A DNA stretch of 32,000 nt. It comes from Wolbachia endosymbiont of Cimex lectularius (lineage in GTDB: Bacteria > Pseudomonadota > Alphaproteobacteria > Rickettsiales > Anaplasmataceae). Location: NCBI RefSeq assembly GCF_000829315.1, contig NZ_AP013028.1:990001-1022000 (forward strand), written 5' to 3'. Positions 9,474 to 20,468 of the stretch are shown one piece after another. The notes beneath the pieces are model-generated. The model was not told the DNA's origin, did not search any database, and saw nothing but the letters and a program-made list of their open reading frames with translations. Every line of letters starts with the position of its first letter. Position 1 is the first letter of the stretch. A program made the translations under genes and the position numbers.

Positions 9474-9577
9474 TAGGGTTAAATTACTTATCTTACCTAA
9501 AGTGCTACTGATTTCAATAGATTTTTAATTAATGATGTAGTATTAGTGTTAGAGCTATTAATTAGAAGGTCAAGGAT

Positions 9578-9874
9578 ATGTCTACAGGTAATATACAAAC
9601 AGATCAATTGTTTAAAGGTCTTACAAGACCTGCAATGCTTTTTGGTGTGAGTTATATGTTTGCAATATTAAACGTTCTAACTTGCATGCTAATTTTCATT
9701 AATTCAAATGATCTGAGAATAATTCTCTTGATGCTACCAGGAATACACGGACTTGGTTATATAGCTTCCGCAAAAGAACCATTGTTTATTGAATTATTTA
9801 TGGTAAAATTAGGAAAATGCTCCAAGTGTTTAAATCGTTTTTATCACGGAGCCAATTCTTACGATGTTGCTTGA
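9578..9874 (+). CDS. virB3: Type IV secretion system protein VirB3
   Basis: 98 aa; DQLFKGLTRPAMLFGVSYMFAILNVLTCMLIFI, immediately upstream of virB4. Confidence 0.9.
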   Translation: MSTGNIQTDQLFKGLTRPAMLFGVSYMFAILNVLTCMLIFINSNDLRIILLMLPGIHGLGYIASAKEPLFIELFMVKLGKCSKCLNRFYHGANSYDVA

Positions 9875-9883
9875 AAATATGCG

Positions 9884-12289
9884 ATGCTGAGATTTAGAGC
9901 TATTCAATCGAAGAATAAATCTATTCTAGGCAGGGAGGTTCACGCTGCAGAGTTTTTACCGTACTCTTGTTACTGGAACAGCACAACCTTAATAACAAAG
10001 CAAAATTGGTTAGTGAAGTTTATCAAATTAAATGGCTTCGCATTTGAAACAGCCGATGATGAAGATTTGGTAATACAAAACAAGATCAGGAATCAGATGC
10101 TAAGAAGCATTTCATCCCCGGCATTTAGTTTATATTTCCACACCATTAGGCGTAAGAAAAACATTTTTTCTGATGAATTTGCAAGTCAGAATTTGCCAAA
10201 TTTTTTTGCTAACCACGTAAATCTAAAATGGAGAGAAAAACACGCAACAAGGCAATCGTTTATTAATGACTTATACATTACAATTATTCGTAGGGCAGAT
10301 ACAAAAGGAGTAGAATTTTTATCACATCTACTAAAAAAATTTGGACATGTAACCTCAAAACATGCTTGGGAAAGCGATATGCGCGCTACTTATGAAGACT
10401 TAGAGGAGACAACAAACCGTGTGGTAACGAGCCTCAGGAATTACTCACCTAAAATCCTTGAAGTAAAAGAAACCCCAAATGGCCTATTCTGTGAAATAAT
10501 GGAATTTCTATCTAGGATTGTAAATTGTGGCTTTGTTACAAATACACTCCTTCCGCTAAAAACTGAAATATCAAGATACTTACCGGTACATAGGTTGTTT
10601 TTTGGCCGTAAGATGATACAGGTTGTGACTCATAATGAAAGTAAATACGCTGGAATAGTTAGCATCAAAGAGTATGGAAATAATACTTCTGCAGGTATGC
10701 TCGATTCCTTTTTACAACTTCCTTATGAATTTATCATCACACAGTCTTTCCAATTTACAAATAGGCAAATGGCAATTGCAAAAATGCAGATACAGCAAAA
10801 TCGGATGATACAATCTGCAGATAAAGCTATTTCTCAAATAGCAGAAATCTCTCATGCACTTGATGATGCAATGAGTGGTAAGATTGCGTTTGGTGAACAT
10901 CACTTAACTATCCTATGTATAGAAAAAAGCCCTAAATCATTGGATAATGCTTTGTCGTTGGTAGAATCAGAGCTTTCTAATTGCGGTGTTTACCCTATTC
11001 GTGAGAGAGTTAATCTTGAACCAGCATTTTGGGCACAAATTCCAGGTAATTTCGATTATATAGTAAGAAAAGGTACAATAAGTAGTCTTAATTTGGCTGG
11101 TTTTGCATCTCAACATAATTATCCTACTGGTAAAAAGTTCAATAACCACTGGGGAGATGCTGTTACAGTTTTTGACACAACATCTGGCACCCCATTTTTC
11201 TTCAACTTTCATATAAGGGATGTTGGACACACTATGATAATTGGGCCAACTGGTGCTGGTAAGACTGTTTTAATGAATTTCTTATGTGCTCAAGCAATGA
11301 AATTTTCTCCAAGAATATTCTTTTTTGATAAAGATCGTGGTGCAGAGATTTTTTTGAGAGCACTTGGTGGCATCTACACTATAATAGAACCTAGAACTAA
11401 AACAAATTTTAATCCTCTACAACTTGACGATACTCCTGATAATAGAACATTTTTAATGGAGTGGATAAAATCTTTAATCTCGGTGTACAATGATAAATTC
11501 ACTTCAGAAGATATTGCACGAATTAATGATGCAATTGAAGGAAATTTTAAATTGAGAAAAGAAGACAGATTTTTAAGAAATCTCGTACCATTTTTAGGGC
11601 TTGCAGGCCCTGATACTCTAGCTGGAGCAATATCTATGTGGCATGGTGATGGTTCTCATGCTGCAGTATTTGACAATAAAGAAGACTTGTTAGATTTTTC
11701 GAAAGCAAGGGTATTTGGCTTTGAAATGGCTAACTTGCTCAAAGATCCCGTTGCTCTTGGACCGGTCTTGATTTATTTGTTTCATAGGATTAGTATATCT
11801 CTTGATGGCACTCCATCTATTATTGTCCTTGATGAGGCATGGGCGTTAATAGATAATCCAGTTTTTGCACCTAAGATAAAAGACTGGTTGAAAGTGCTGA
11901 GGAAATTAAATGCTTTTGTGATTTTTGCTACTCAGAGTGTTGAAGATGCAAGTAAAAGTGCTATTAGTGATACGCTTGTACAGCAAACAGCAACACAGAT
12001 TTTTTTGCCAAATCTGAAAGCTACTAGTGTCTATCGGGATGTTTTTATGTTAACTGAACGTGAGTACATACTAATTAAACACACAGATCCAAGCACTAGA
12101 TTTTTTTTGGTAAAGCAAGGAGTCAATGCTGTTGTGGCTAGAATAGCCTTAAAAGGCTTAGATGATATAGTCAACGTGTTATCCGGACGTGCAGAAAGTG
12201 TTCTATTGTTACATGATATACTAAAAGAGGTCGGAGACGACCCAAAGGTGTGGTTGCCTATATTCTGTCAGAAGGTAAAAAATGTTTAA
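9884..12289 (+). CDS. virB4: Type IV secretion system ATPase VirB4
   Basis: 801 aa; Walker A MIIGPTGAGKTVLMNFLCAQA, Walker B PSIIVLDEAWALIDN, FVIFATQSVEDASKSAISDTLVQQTATQIFLPN. Confidence 0.97.
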   Translation: MLRFRAIQSKNKSILGREVHAAEFLPYSCYWNSTTLITKQNWLVKFIKLNGFAFETADDEDLVIQNKIRNQMLRSISSPAFSLYFHTIRRKKNIFSDEFASQNLPNFFANHVNLKWREKHATRQSFINDLYITIIRRADTKGVEFLSHLLKKFGHVTSKHAWESDMRATYEDLEETTNRVVTSLRNYSPKILEVKETPNGLFCEIMEFLSRIVNCGFVTNTLLPLKTEISRYLPVHRLFFGRKMIQVVTHNESKYAGIVSIKEYGNNTSAGMLDSFLQLPYEFIITQSFQFTNRQMAIAKMQIQQNRMIQSADKAISQIAEISHALDDAMSGKIAFGEHHLTILCIEKSPKSLDNALSLVESELSNCGVYPIRERVNLEPAFWAQIPGNFDYIVRKGTISSLNLAGFASQHNYPTGKKFNNHWGDAVTVFDTTSGTPFFFNFHIRDVGHTMIIGPTGAGKTVLMNFLCAQAMKFSPRIFFFDKDRGAEIFLRALGGIYTIIEPRTKTNFNPLQLDDTPDNRTFLMEWIKSLISVYNDKFTSEDIARINDAIEGNFKLRKEDRFLRNLVPFLGLAGPDTLAGAISMWHGDGSHAAVFDNKEDLLDFSKARVFGFEMANLLKDPVALGPVLIYLFHRISISLDGTPSIIVLDEAWALIDNPVFAPKIKDWLKVLRKLNAFVIFATQSVEDASKSAISDTLVQQTATQIFLPNLKATSVYRDVFMLTEREYILIKHTDPSTRFFLVKQGVNAVVARIALKGLDDIVNVLSGRAESVLLLHDILKEVGDDPKVWLPIFCQKVKNV

Positions 12290-14804
12290 GACTAAGCTGT
12301 CATTGCTATTAATTGCGATATTTTTATTAAATATTGATTTTTTACTCTCATATCCAGTGTTTGCAGATGAGGTAAGTGGTACTGAAAAGACGGAATTCGT
12401 TAGTAGGTTTAATTCTACTGGCAGCTTTAGTCGTGCCACTAACCCTGATTGTGGAGCATTTAAGACGGCTGCAGCACTTGCAGGAATAGCTATTGCTGTT
12501 GGTGCAATATTGACTGGCATCATTTTAAGTGTTTCTTCTACTTTCTTACTTGCTGCTTTTGCTGTCGTCGGAATGATAGCTGCAGTTATTGGGGTCTGGA
12601 AAGCTATAGGAGGGCTTGTTGTTTGTCAACATAGTTTTGTTAGACATCCAGTTGCACGCAATCACAAGGGAAAATATAAAAACTTCAAACTAGAAAACAC
12701 AAGTTATAGTGATTACACGGATAAAAATTATCAAACTGAGGATGAATATTTTTCTGCACTACAAGGAAAATCAGGAAAAGATGGAAAACAGACAGAAAAA
12801 GAGATTTTAAACTTTACTGATTGGAACGTTGTTAATGTCAATAGAGAAAACTATTACTGGCCAAAAAATGGTGCGCAATATAGTGAGTATATAGAAATAT
12901 GTCATCGAAATCCTTTAACATTTGGCAAGTTATTTCAATCATATGAAGAAATAGAAAAAGACTTCGATGTAAGAGAGAAAGAGCTTAACTATGGAAAGGA
13001 AGGATGGTCTCCAAAGGTTGATGGCGACTTAGAGTGCAAAGTTCTTAAAGCAGGGCAAAGCGAAACCATACATGGGTCAACATTCAAGGCAGTAAAAAAA
13101 ATGGGCAGGTTGTGTGTGGAGTTAGAAAGTGTTAGTACACTTGGTATTAAAATGACTCCTTGGCCACAAGGGGTTGATATGGGATGTACGGAATTGCCAC
13201 CCGACCCAATTGCTCCTATGTGTGAAAAATCTGTGATGATATTCAAAAATAAGGATGGCACAGGGAAAGAAGAAGTTTCTATGGGTATTGATGATGATTA
13301 TAGAACTACTATAAGAAATAAGAAAAAAGAAGGAAAAATTTTTGCAGGTTATAATAATGCCAGTTGTTTTAGCCAGTATGTCTCTGAAGCTTGCTACAAT
13401 CAAGCGGGAAGTAAGTCACTAGCTCCTGTTCCCATAACTTCTATGATAGTGCAATGCATTAAGGAATCGTTGGATAATTTAGTGGCTGGTCGTGATTCAA
13501 GCGGCAACCTACTGAAAGACGAGCGTGGAAATAGGAAGGGTAGTTTCTTATCTGTAGCACAGAAAAAGCTGAAAAACACCGTAACTGCCGTTTTAGTTTT
13601 AGCTTTGATACTATTTTCTATAAAAGCCATGTCTGGTGGTGTTCGCAGTCCTCAAGAAATGTACATGTTGATCATTAAATTTGCCTTAGTGATTTATTTC
13701 ACAACAGGCGATACCATGTCTCATTATTATGGAGAATTGACAAAACTTTCAAATGGTTTGTCAGAAATAGTGCTCAAAGCTTCATCTGAAAGTAAAGGTA
13801 TATGTAATTATAATGCAGGTACAGATTATGAATACGATCGTGCAGGAAAAAGGGTATCTTACAGTTATCTTGCACCTTGGGACAGACTCGATTGTAGAAT
13901 TCTATTTTACTTAGGAGCGCCTTTAGATGGAATTGGTGGCAAAATTGGTACTGGAAGTGTAGGGATATTGGCTGTTTTACTAGGTGCTGCTCCTGTTTTG
14001 TTAGCAGCAGGCTCAATAATCGGTATCATTTTTGCTGGTGGGCAAATTTTAATAGCTATTGTTGCCATATTCATGGCTGTTATGATGATGATGGTTATTT
14101 TGTGGATATGCTACGTATTTATTTTATCTTTAGTTGCTCTAAGTGTAATAATCATCTTGTCACCTTTGTTTATCCCTATGGTTTTATTCCAACGCACTAA
14201 AGGATACTTTGATGGGTGGATAAGGGAGTTGATTACCTATAGTCTATACCCTGTTATGCTTTTTGCGTTTTTATCCTTTATGTTTATAACATGTGATAAA
14301 ATCTATTTTAAAAACTTGAACTTTGAGCTGGATAGGAAATATGAAGAGAAGATAAAAGACTCGGGTAGTAGTAAAAAACAGTGGTTTAAACTGAAAAGCG
14401 GTGAATGTGATAAAAATGAAGATACTCTTGCATGTATGATGCAGAATTACAGCTTTAAGAAAAGCAGCATACTTGGTCTATTTAGCTTTACATACATGGA
14501 ATTTGGCAGTTCTCCTATCGGGGAGTTACTAAAATTGGCTCTAATATTGCTTCTGTTTTATCACTTTTTGCATATTCTGCCAGGGATGGCTGCAGAGCTT
14601 TCTGGTAATTACAGAGCAGCACTCGGCTCTGGTGATACACCTGCAAAAATGATGTCAAAAGCCTTTTCTGCAGGTAAAGCTATTGCTGGGGCCATTGGTA
14701 AAGCTAAATCCGGGGATGCTGCTGGAGCTGCTAAAGATGCTCAGAGGGTTAGAGATACTGTAGGTGGGTCTAGTAAGTCTAGTGAGTCTGCTAATAAGAA
14801 ATGA
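12282..14804 (+). CDS. virB6: VirB6-family protein 1 (TrbL/VirB6)
   Basis: 840 aa; Sec-type signal, TM cluster with LSPLFIPMVLFQRTKGYFDGWIRELITYSLYPVML; overlaps the virB4 end by 8 nt. Confidence 0.9.
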   Translation: MFKTKLSLLLIAIFLLNIDFLLSYPVFADEVSGTEKTEFVSRFNSTGSFSRATNPDCGAFKTAAALAGIAIAVGAILTGIILSVSSTFLLAAFAVVGMIAAVIGVWKAIGGLVVCQHSFVRHPVARNHKGKYKNFKLENTSYSDYTDKNYQTEDEYFSALQGKSGKDGKQTEKEILNFTDWNVVNVNRENYYWPKNGAQYSEYIEICHRNPLTFGKLFQSYEEIEKDFDVREKELNYGKEGWSPKVDGDLECKVLKAGQSETIHGSTFKAVKKMGRLCVELESVSTLGIKMTPWPQGVDMGCTELPPDPIAPMCEKSVMIFKNKDGTGKEEVSMGIDDDYRTTIRNKKKEGKIFAGYNNASCFSQYVSEACYNQAGSKSLAPVPITSMIVQCIKESLDNLVAGRDSSGNLLKDERGNRKGSFLSVAQKKLKNTVTAVLVLALILFSIKAMSGGVRSPQEMYMLIIKFALVIYFTTGDTMSHYYGELTKLSNGLSEIVLKASSESKGICNYNAGTDYEYDRAGKRVSYSYLAPWDRLDCRILFYLGAPLDGIGGKIGTGSVGILAVLLGAAPVLLAAGSIIGIIFAGGQILIAIVAIFMAVMMMMVILWICYVFILSLVALSVIIILSPLFIPMVLFQRTKGYFDGWIRELITYSLYPVMLFAFLSFMFITCDKIYFKNLNFELDRKYEEKIKDSGSSKKQWFKLKSGECDKNEDTLACMMQNYSFKKSSILGLFSFTYMEFGSSPIGELLKLALILLLFYHFLHILPGMAAELSGNYRAALGSGDTPAKMMSKAFSAGKAIAGAIGKAKSGDAAGAAKDAQRVRDTVGGSSKSSESANKK

Positions 14805-14872
14805 GAGGGTCCTTAGTCTAAAAAATGAGTAACAGATGCTTAAACATTTAAGTAACCAAAATTTGGTAAGTT

Positions 14873-17266
14873 ATGCATAAGTTTTTGTTGATAGTGACAC
14901 TCTTTATATTGTCCGGTTGTGAGCGTCACTGTATTAAACCAGAAGATTTATCAGGCTTGCGCGAGAAATTAGATGTAGTGTCAACAGAGCAGAAGTGGGT
15001 TGATTCTGGTGTCCATATCTCAGGTAGTGTAAAAGTAACAGAAATTAGTATAGTGCTTAGCAAGGTTAATTTTTGTCCTAAGCGGTATGAAGATTTTGCA
15101 GTTCAACCTGGGAAAGATCCTGTTGTTGTTACATTACCATTTGCGCTTAAAGCTGGTGATTCAATAAGCTTTAGTGTCATTGGGAGTAAAATGTGTAAAA
15201 ACGATAATGGCACGGTCACCTATAAAAAAATTGACGAGAGTTGCGGTGAAGGAGAGACGGAGTATTTTGCACATGTTTTAAATCGAGAAGAATGTCAAGC
15301 AATATGGCAGAATGGAGAATATAAGTACACAATATGTCCTAATAAACTCATGATAGGCAGCGCAAAATGGCTGCCCGGCCAAGAGTACTGGAGTTCAGAT
15401 TTTTCAAAACCAGACCAAGAAAAAAGAAGAAAGGAGATTGGGAATATTAACTCTATAAAGCAGGGAGAAAATATAGACTGCAGCAAGCTTTCAAGCGATC
15501 AGAAAAGTAAGATGGATACGTACATTCTGAATCTTGCATGTAAAAATACATGTTATTACTCTGGCCAAAATTGTGTTGAAATTGAATCCAATACTATAGA
15601 TGATGGCAACTTGATTAAAAGCCTTGGTGATGCTTTAGTTGCTGCTGAAGATAAAGCAAGCGAAATTACTAAAGCCACTAAAAAGATTGCAGAAAAAGGA
15701 GGGATAAAGACTTATATCCCATCGTTAGTAGTGTCAACGCAGAGAGAAAGTTTTAATGCATGGACTAACTATGATCATAAAGTGGAGAAAGATCATCCTC
15801 AAGGTGAAAAATTAACTTTCACCTTTTCTTGTAAAGACCAATGCAAGGGTGGCTACAACATAAGAGTAACAAGAGTTCCTAATCCTACTAACCTAAAAAA
15901 TAGCTTATATATACGTGTGTCTGACACATTCCCTGAACATGACCCTGATGAAACCCAGGGAGATATACTTGTTGATATTAACGAAGTTCATGATACTAAG
16001 TACATGGAAGGCTTAAAAGACAAGCTAAAAAACAAAAGCGGCACCATATATTATGGAATAAGAGACCATGGCTGTGATTATAAGGAAAACGAAGGTCAGT
16101 TTAGCATTAACCTAACGACCAAAGAACCACCTACAAGAACTTTTAGTGTGATATATAATTTTTTTGATGAGAAAGTAAAAACTGCATTTTTTGGCTCTAG
16201 CTACAAAGATCCAAATGTGGTCCACTCTGATTCTAGCCCTGTAAAGTCTCTTTATCAAAGTTTTGTAGCGTCAAATAGAACGAAGACCATTCGATCCACG
16301 ATAGTATCGCTGTTAGTATTGTATATAGTATTGTATACTCTTTATTACTTTTTTGGCTTAACTCATGTTTCTATATATGAGTTTTTCATTATATGTGTAA
16401 AGATAGGAATTATTACCCAACTGTTGCGAGATAATAGCTGGGATTTTTTTTATAACAATGCTTTTTCTATCTTTATCAACACTCCAAAACAGTTGATAGA
16501 AATAGCAAATTTTAGAGGCACGACATCAAACGTTTTTGAATTTCTCGATTTGCCGTTGAATAGATTTTTGTCAGCACATTCAGTTTTATTAATAATATCT
16601 CTTATATTTTCTGGCCCTCTAGGCATTGTATCTTTTTGCTTAGTGATTTGGGGCTTAATAATAGTGGTATTATCTATTTTTAACGCCTTGTTTTCTTTTA
16701 TTACGTCTATAGCAATAGTTGCGTTATTGCTTTCTTTAACACCTATCTTTATTATTTGCCTTCTGTTTACATACACTAGACAGATGTTTCACAATTGGGT
16801 CAAAAACTTGGCAAGATTTGCGATTCATCCAGTGGTGCTTTTGATTTTTATATCACTAGTAAGCCAAGTTATGGATTATATTGTGTATTCAGTGTTTAAT
16901 TTCGAGGTCTGCACTACATGTATACTCAAAGTTGACCTAAAGATTTTTAAAATTTGCATCTTCTCTGGATATGCTTCCAAGTATACACCTAATATCGCCG
17001 CTATGATGGCCTTTGTTATCTTGGGTCATGCTATGAAAGCTTTAGTCGAAGCTTCTTCGAAAATATCTGACTCGTTGTTTGGTGTTTATGTGCAAGAAGG
17101 ACCTGGAAAACAATATCAACAGAGCCTAATGGGACTAGTAGGATTAGATGAGCAAAGCGTTCACAGAAGACAGGCTGGAAGAGGAGGAGGTGCTCAACCG
17201 TCAAGCAAAGGACCTCAAATGCCTACAATTCAAAGAACAGTACCACCACCACAACAAAAGCCATGA
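14873..17266 (+). CDS. virB6: VirB6-family protein 2, putative lipoprotein signal
   Basis: 797 aa; lipobox-like LFILSGC-ERHC; TM cluster with LTPIFIICLLFTYTRQMFHNWVKNLARFAIHPVVL. Confidence 0.92.
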   Translation: MHKFLLIVTLFILSGCERHCIKPEDLSGLREKLDVVSTEQKWVDSGVHISGSVKVTEISIVLSKVNFCPKRYEDFAVQPGKDPVVVTLPFALKAGDSISFSVIGSKMCKNDNGTVTYKKIDESCGEGETEYFAHVLNREECQAIWQNGEYKYTICPNKLMIGSAKWLPGQEYWSSDFSKPDQEKRRKEIGNINSIKQGENIDCSKLSSDQKSKMDTYILNLACKNTCYYSGQNCVEIESNTIDDGNLIKSLGDALVAAEDKASEITKATKKIAEKGGIKTYIPSLVVSTQRESFNAWTNYDHKVEKDHPQGEKLTFTFSCKDQCKGGYNIRVTRVPNPTNLKNSLYIRVSDTFPEHDPDETQGDILVDINEVHDTKYMEGLKDKLKNKSGTIYYGIRDHGCDYKENEGQFSINLTTKEPPTRTFSVIYNFFDEKVKTAFFGSSYKDPNVVHSDSSPVKSLYQSFVASNRTKTIRSTIVSLLVLYIVLYTLYYFFGLTHVSIYEFFIICVKIGIITQLLRDNSWDFFYNNAFSIFINTPKQLIEIANFRGTTSNVFEFLDLPLNRFLSAHSVLLIISLIFSGPLGIVSFCLVIWGLIIVVLSIFNALFSFITSIAIVALLLSLTPIFIICLLFTYTRQMFHNWVKNLARFAIHPVVLLIFISLVSQVMDYIVYSVFNFEVCTTCILKVDLKIFKICIFSGYASKYTPNIAAMMAFVILGHAMKALVEASSKISDSLFGVYVQEGPGKQYQQSLMGLVGLDEQSVHRRQAGRGGGAQPSSKGPQMPTIQRTVPPPQQKP

Positions 17267-20200
17267 TAAGTAAAAGATCACTATTATTGATACTGTACCT
17301 TGCAATCACTGGCTGTAACATGGATTGTGTCGAGCCTGGACTGCAAAGCAGAAATACTAGTGTTAATGTGAATGTTCCAGCTCGTAAAGCTGATAAGGGA
17401 GTTAAAATTCATTGGGTTGATTCTGGTCAAGTAATCAGTAAAGATGAGAAAATCAAATTTACCCTTGGTGGGTCATTAAATTTTTGCTTCCCTAAAGAAG
17501 GCAAGAATCCAAGAAAAGTACTTGTTCCTGCCGTATTTTGTCCTGATGGTTCAATACCAATTTATAGTAAAGCTGCAAATATTAACGATGTGTCCAATAA
17601 TTACGGCGTTGACGAAAAAGGCGTGAGTGGAAACGAACTGTGTGGTGGTAGAGGGTTTGGCAGCAATAGACGTTATGTAGACACTGGAATTAAAGTGAAT
17701 CCTGGTGATAAGTTAAACTTTAGCTTGGTTCCCAGAGAGATACCAATTGATTATGATAATCCAGAAGGAAAAGGCATCAGCTTTGATGACAATTGTTATA
17801 AAACTGGAAAAGAAGATGACAAAGACAGAACTACAATAAAAGAAATGCTCAATGGAGGAACGTTCTTTTGTGGAAGCAATGGCAAAAGGACTGCAGTAGA
17901 ATTTCCTAATTTTAACAAGGAGAACATGGAAAAAAGAAAAGTGCTAGTTGGTAATGGCTACACTCCATATGATAATAAAGTGCATTTTAATAAAAATTTC
18001 ATTAAGGGCGACGAACCATGGATAAATGGTGCGCTGTTAGATTTGCAACGAGCAAGAGTAGGACTGAATGAATTATGTAACAGAAAAAACTGCGATTTTA
18101 ACAAGGTAAAAGGGTATAGCTCTACTAAAATAGGGTTGGAGCAACTATGCGACGGAAAAAACTGTAATCTTAACGAGATAAAAAAGTATAGCTCTTATGA
18201 GCTTAATTGTTACTACCAGAATATATGTTACACCAAAGAAGGTATATTCAATAATGGTTTGCATAAAAAAGGAAACCGGAACTGTGTCTCTTCTATAAGG
18301 TATGAGAAGTATGATAAAAAAAATAAAGAAAATAAAAAAGAGTATAAGTGCGACATGTACTCTCACCTTAAAGAAGTTGAAGATAGGCTCAAGGAAATTA
18401 AAGAAAATAAAGGTAGCACTGGTTTTACATCAACCGGCGAAGAAGACATCGAAAATATCTTATGGGCCGAAGCTCTTGTTGCAAAAATTGGTAATTTTGA
18501 CCCTACAAAGAATCGTAGGTTTGATAGGGAGAATGGTGGCGCTAAGGGTGCTCAATGTCTTCCAAAAGAAAAGGGTGCAGGTAAAAATGGTAATCAAGAG
18601 TATAAGTGTTCAAAAACCAGTAACGATTTTGAAGATTTTTCTTTAAGGTTGAATTATAATTATGAAGTAAACGGAGGTGTACCGCCTGGTAGTGATGTAA
18701 TGCTTGCCATAGCAAGTAATGGCAGTTACCCTCTTCATAGAGGCGGGTACCATGTTGAAGTAACCAGATCATGTGAATACATTAATGGCCAAAAACTGTA
18801 TATGTATTTAGGTAATGAACCACCTAAAGATTTGAGTGGCGTGGGAACTAATGATTTCAAAAAAGTAGAGGAGTTGTATCAAAGAACAGAAGATAATGTA
18901 AACTATTATATAATAAATGGAAATCATTTAACAGATAAAGAATCTGAGAAGATACATTTCGGTATCGATGTAAGTAACGTAGAAAAAGAAGATATTACAG
19001 ACGAAAAAGGCAAATATTATGAAAACAATGAGTATAATATAACCTTGTTTGTCAAAAAAAAGATTAACGATTTCGTTTCATCAAATGTAAACAAGGTATT
19101 TGACTTTATAAAAAAAGAAGTAATTGGGGATAGCGTCAAAGATTTATACAAAGGGTATGCTAAAGGTCTTCTTCAAGGGGTAAGAGCTTTACTTACCCTA
19201 TATATTATATTTACTGTTGTTGGCTATATGCTTGGAATGATACAGCTAAGTAAATTTGACTTTATTGTAAGGATGATGAAGATAGCATTTATAGCTTTTG
19301 CCTTTAGCGATAATAGCTGGAAATTCTTTGGTACAACTTTATCCAAATTTTTTATGGATGGTAGCACTCATTTAGTAGATAGTTTCTCTGGTTATATAGG
19401 AGAAGGAGGTAAAAGATTTGCGTTCTTAGATTTAACAGCAGGAATATTACTCACAGGAGAAACATGGTTGAAGTTTTTATCGTTGATATTCGCTGGTCCT
19501 TTTGGTTTTATCGCTTTTTTGATAATACTTCATGCTAGTTTTATGTTCTTAAAATGTATTATTAGCGCTACATTTAGATATGTGATATCTACTGTCCTAG
19601 TAGTGTTTTTGCTGTCATTAACACCTTTATTTATCGTGTTTATCTTATTTCAACAGACTAAGTCCCTGTTTGATAACTGGATAAAGACACTTGCTCATGT
19701 TGCAGTACAGCCGATGATTTTATTTTCATCTTTATCAATTTTGAATCAATTGATGTATTCAGTTTTGTATAACCTCACAAATTTCTCTGCATGCTATCAA
19801 TGTTTAATTAGTATAAATTTCTTGTCCTATGATTTCTGTCTTATGAAATCTATACTGCCTCTTGGATATAGTCCTGGCATTAGTGTTGATGTTGCATTAA
19901 GTGATGGAACGAAAACTGGTGGGCACTTTGCAGCATTACCTATAGACCTAATCCAGGCAATTATATACTTCATTATTGCCAAAGCAATGGAAGTTTTTGT
20001 TTCCGCATCAGAAACTATGGCACAAGCAATATTTAGTGCTGGTTTTGGGATTGCTGGCAGTGTTGGTGGTGTTGCTAACAGCGCATCACAAGCTATTCTG
20101 TCAACTGTTGGACTTGACGATGCAACTCAAGGAAATAAGGAGAGAGGAATTGAAGGCATGATACCACATGTCAAAAGAATGACGAGTCAGCAAGATCGAA

Positions 20201-20397
20201 CACAAATTGAATATAAGTTGCCTAAGACGCTAAAGCAAGCAGACGAAAATGAAACTTTTGATGGAACAAGGGGATCTGAAATTAAAGGTAAGGAAGAAAA
20301 AGATCGAAAGGTGGCATTGCCTGAAACGCTAAAGCAACCAGAAGAGGAAGAAAAGCTTGGAGCTGAAGACAAGAAAGAAGGAAGGGGAAATGAGTGA
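17263..20397 (+). CDS. virB6: VirB6-family protein 3, putative lipoprotein signal
   Basis: 1044 aa; lipobox-like YLAITGC-NMDC; LTPLFIVFILFQQTKSLFDNWIKTLAHVAVQPMIL; ATGA overlap with the preceding gene; charged C-terminal tail. Confidence 0.92.
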   Translation: MISKRSLLLILYLAITGCNMDCVEPGLQSRNTSVNVNVPARKADKGVKIHWVDSGQVISKDEKIKFTLGGSLNFCFPKEGKNPRKVLVPAVFCPDGSIPIYSKAANINDVSNNYGVDEKGVSGNELCGGRGFGSNRRYVDTGIKVNPGDKLNFSLVPREIPIDYDNPEGKGISFDDNCYKTGKEDDKDRTTIKEMLNGGTFFCGSNGKRTAVEFPNFNKENMEKRKVLVGNGYTPYDNKVHFNKNFIKGDEPWINGALLDLQRARVGLNELCNRKNCDFNKVKGYSSTKIGLEQLCDGKNCNLNEIKKYSSYELNCYYQNICYTKEGIFNNGLHKKGNRNCVSSIRYEKYDKKNKENKKEYKCDMYSHLKEVEDRLKEIKENKGSTGFTSTGEEDIENILWAEALVAKIGNFDPTKNRRFDRENGGAKGAQCLPKEKGAGKNGNQEYKCSKTSNDFEDFSLRLNYNYEVNGGVPPGSDVMLAIASNGSYPLHRGGYHVEVTRSCEYINGQKLYMYLGNEPPKDLSGVGTNDFKKVEELYQRTEDNVNYYIINGNHLTDKESEKIHFGIDVSNVEKEDITDEKGKYYENNEYNITLFVKKKINDFVSSNVNKVFDFIKKEVIGDSVKDLYKGYAKGLLQGVRALLTLYIIFTVVGYMLGMIQLSKFDFIVRMMKIAFIAFAFSDNSWKFFGTTLSKFFMDGSTHLVDSFSGYIGEGGKRFAFLDLTAGILLTGETWLKFLSLIFAGPFGFIAFLIILHASFMFLKCIISATFRYVISTVLVVFLLSLTPLFIVFILFQQTKSLFDNWIKTLAHVAVQPMILFSSLSILNQLMYSVLYNLTNFSACYQCLISINFLSYDFCLMKSILPLGYSPGISVDVALSDGTKTGGHFAALPIDLIQAIIYFIIAKAMEVFVSASETMAQAIFSAGFGIAGSVGGVANSASQAILSTVGLDDATQGNKERGIEGMIPHVKRMTSQQDRTQIEYKLPKTLKQADENETFDGTRGSEIKGKEEKDRKVALPETLKQPEEEEKLGAEDKKEGRGNE

Positions 20398-20468
20398 TAT
20401 CATGGAGTAACTAATTAAAAAGATATTTTAAGTAAAGTTTTATTTCTATATTTGGAAAAAATTTAGAT

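Noticed and set aside
10712-14016. Antisense and shadow ORFs inside virB4 and virB6-1
   Set aside because: No family signature; overlap strongly supported coding sequence.
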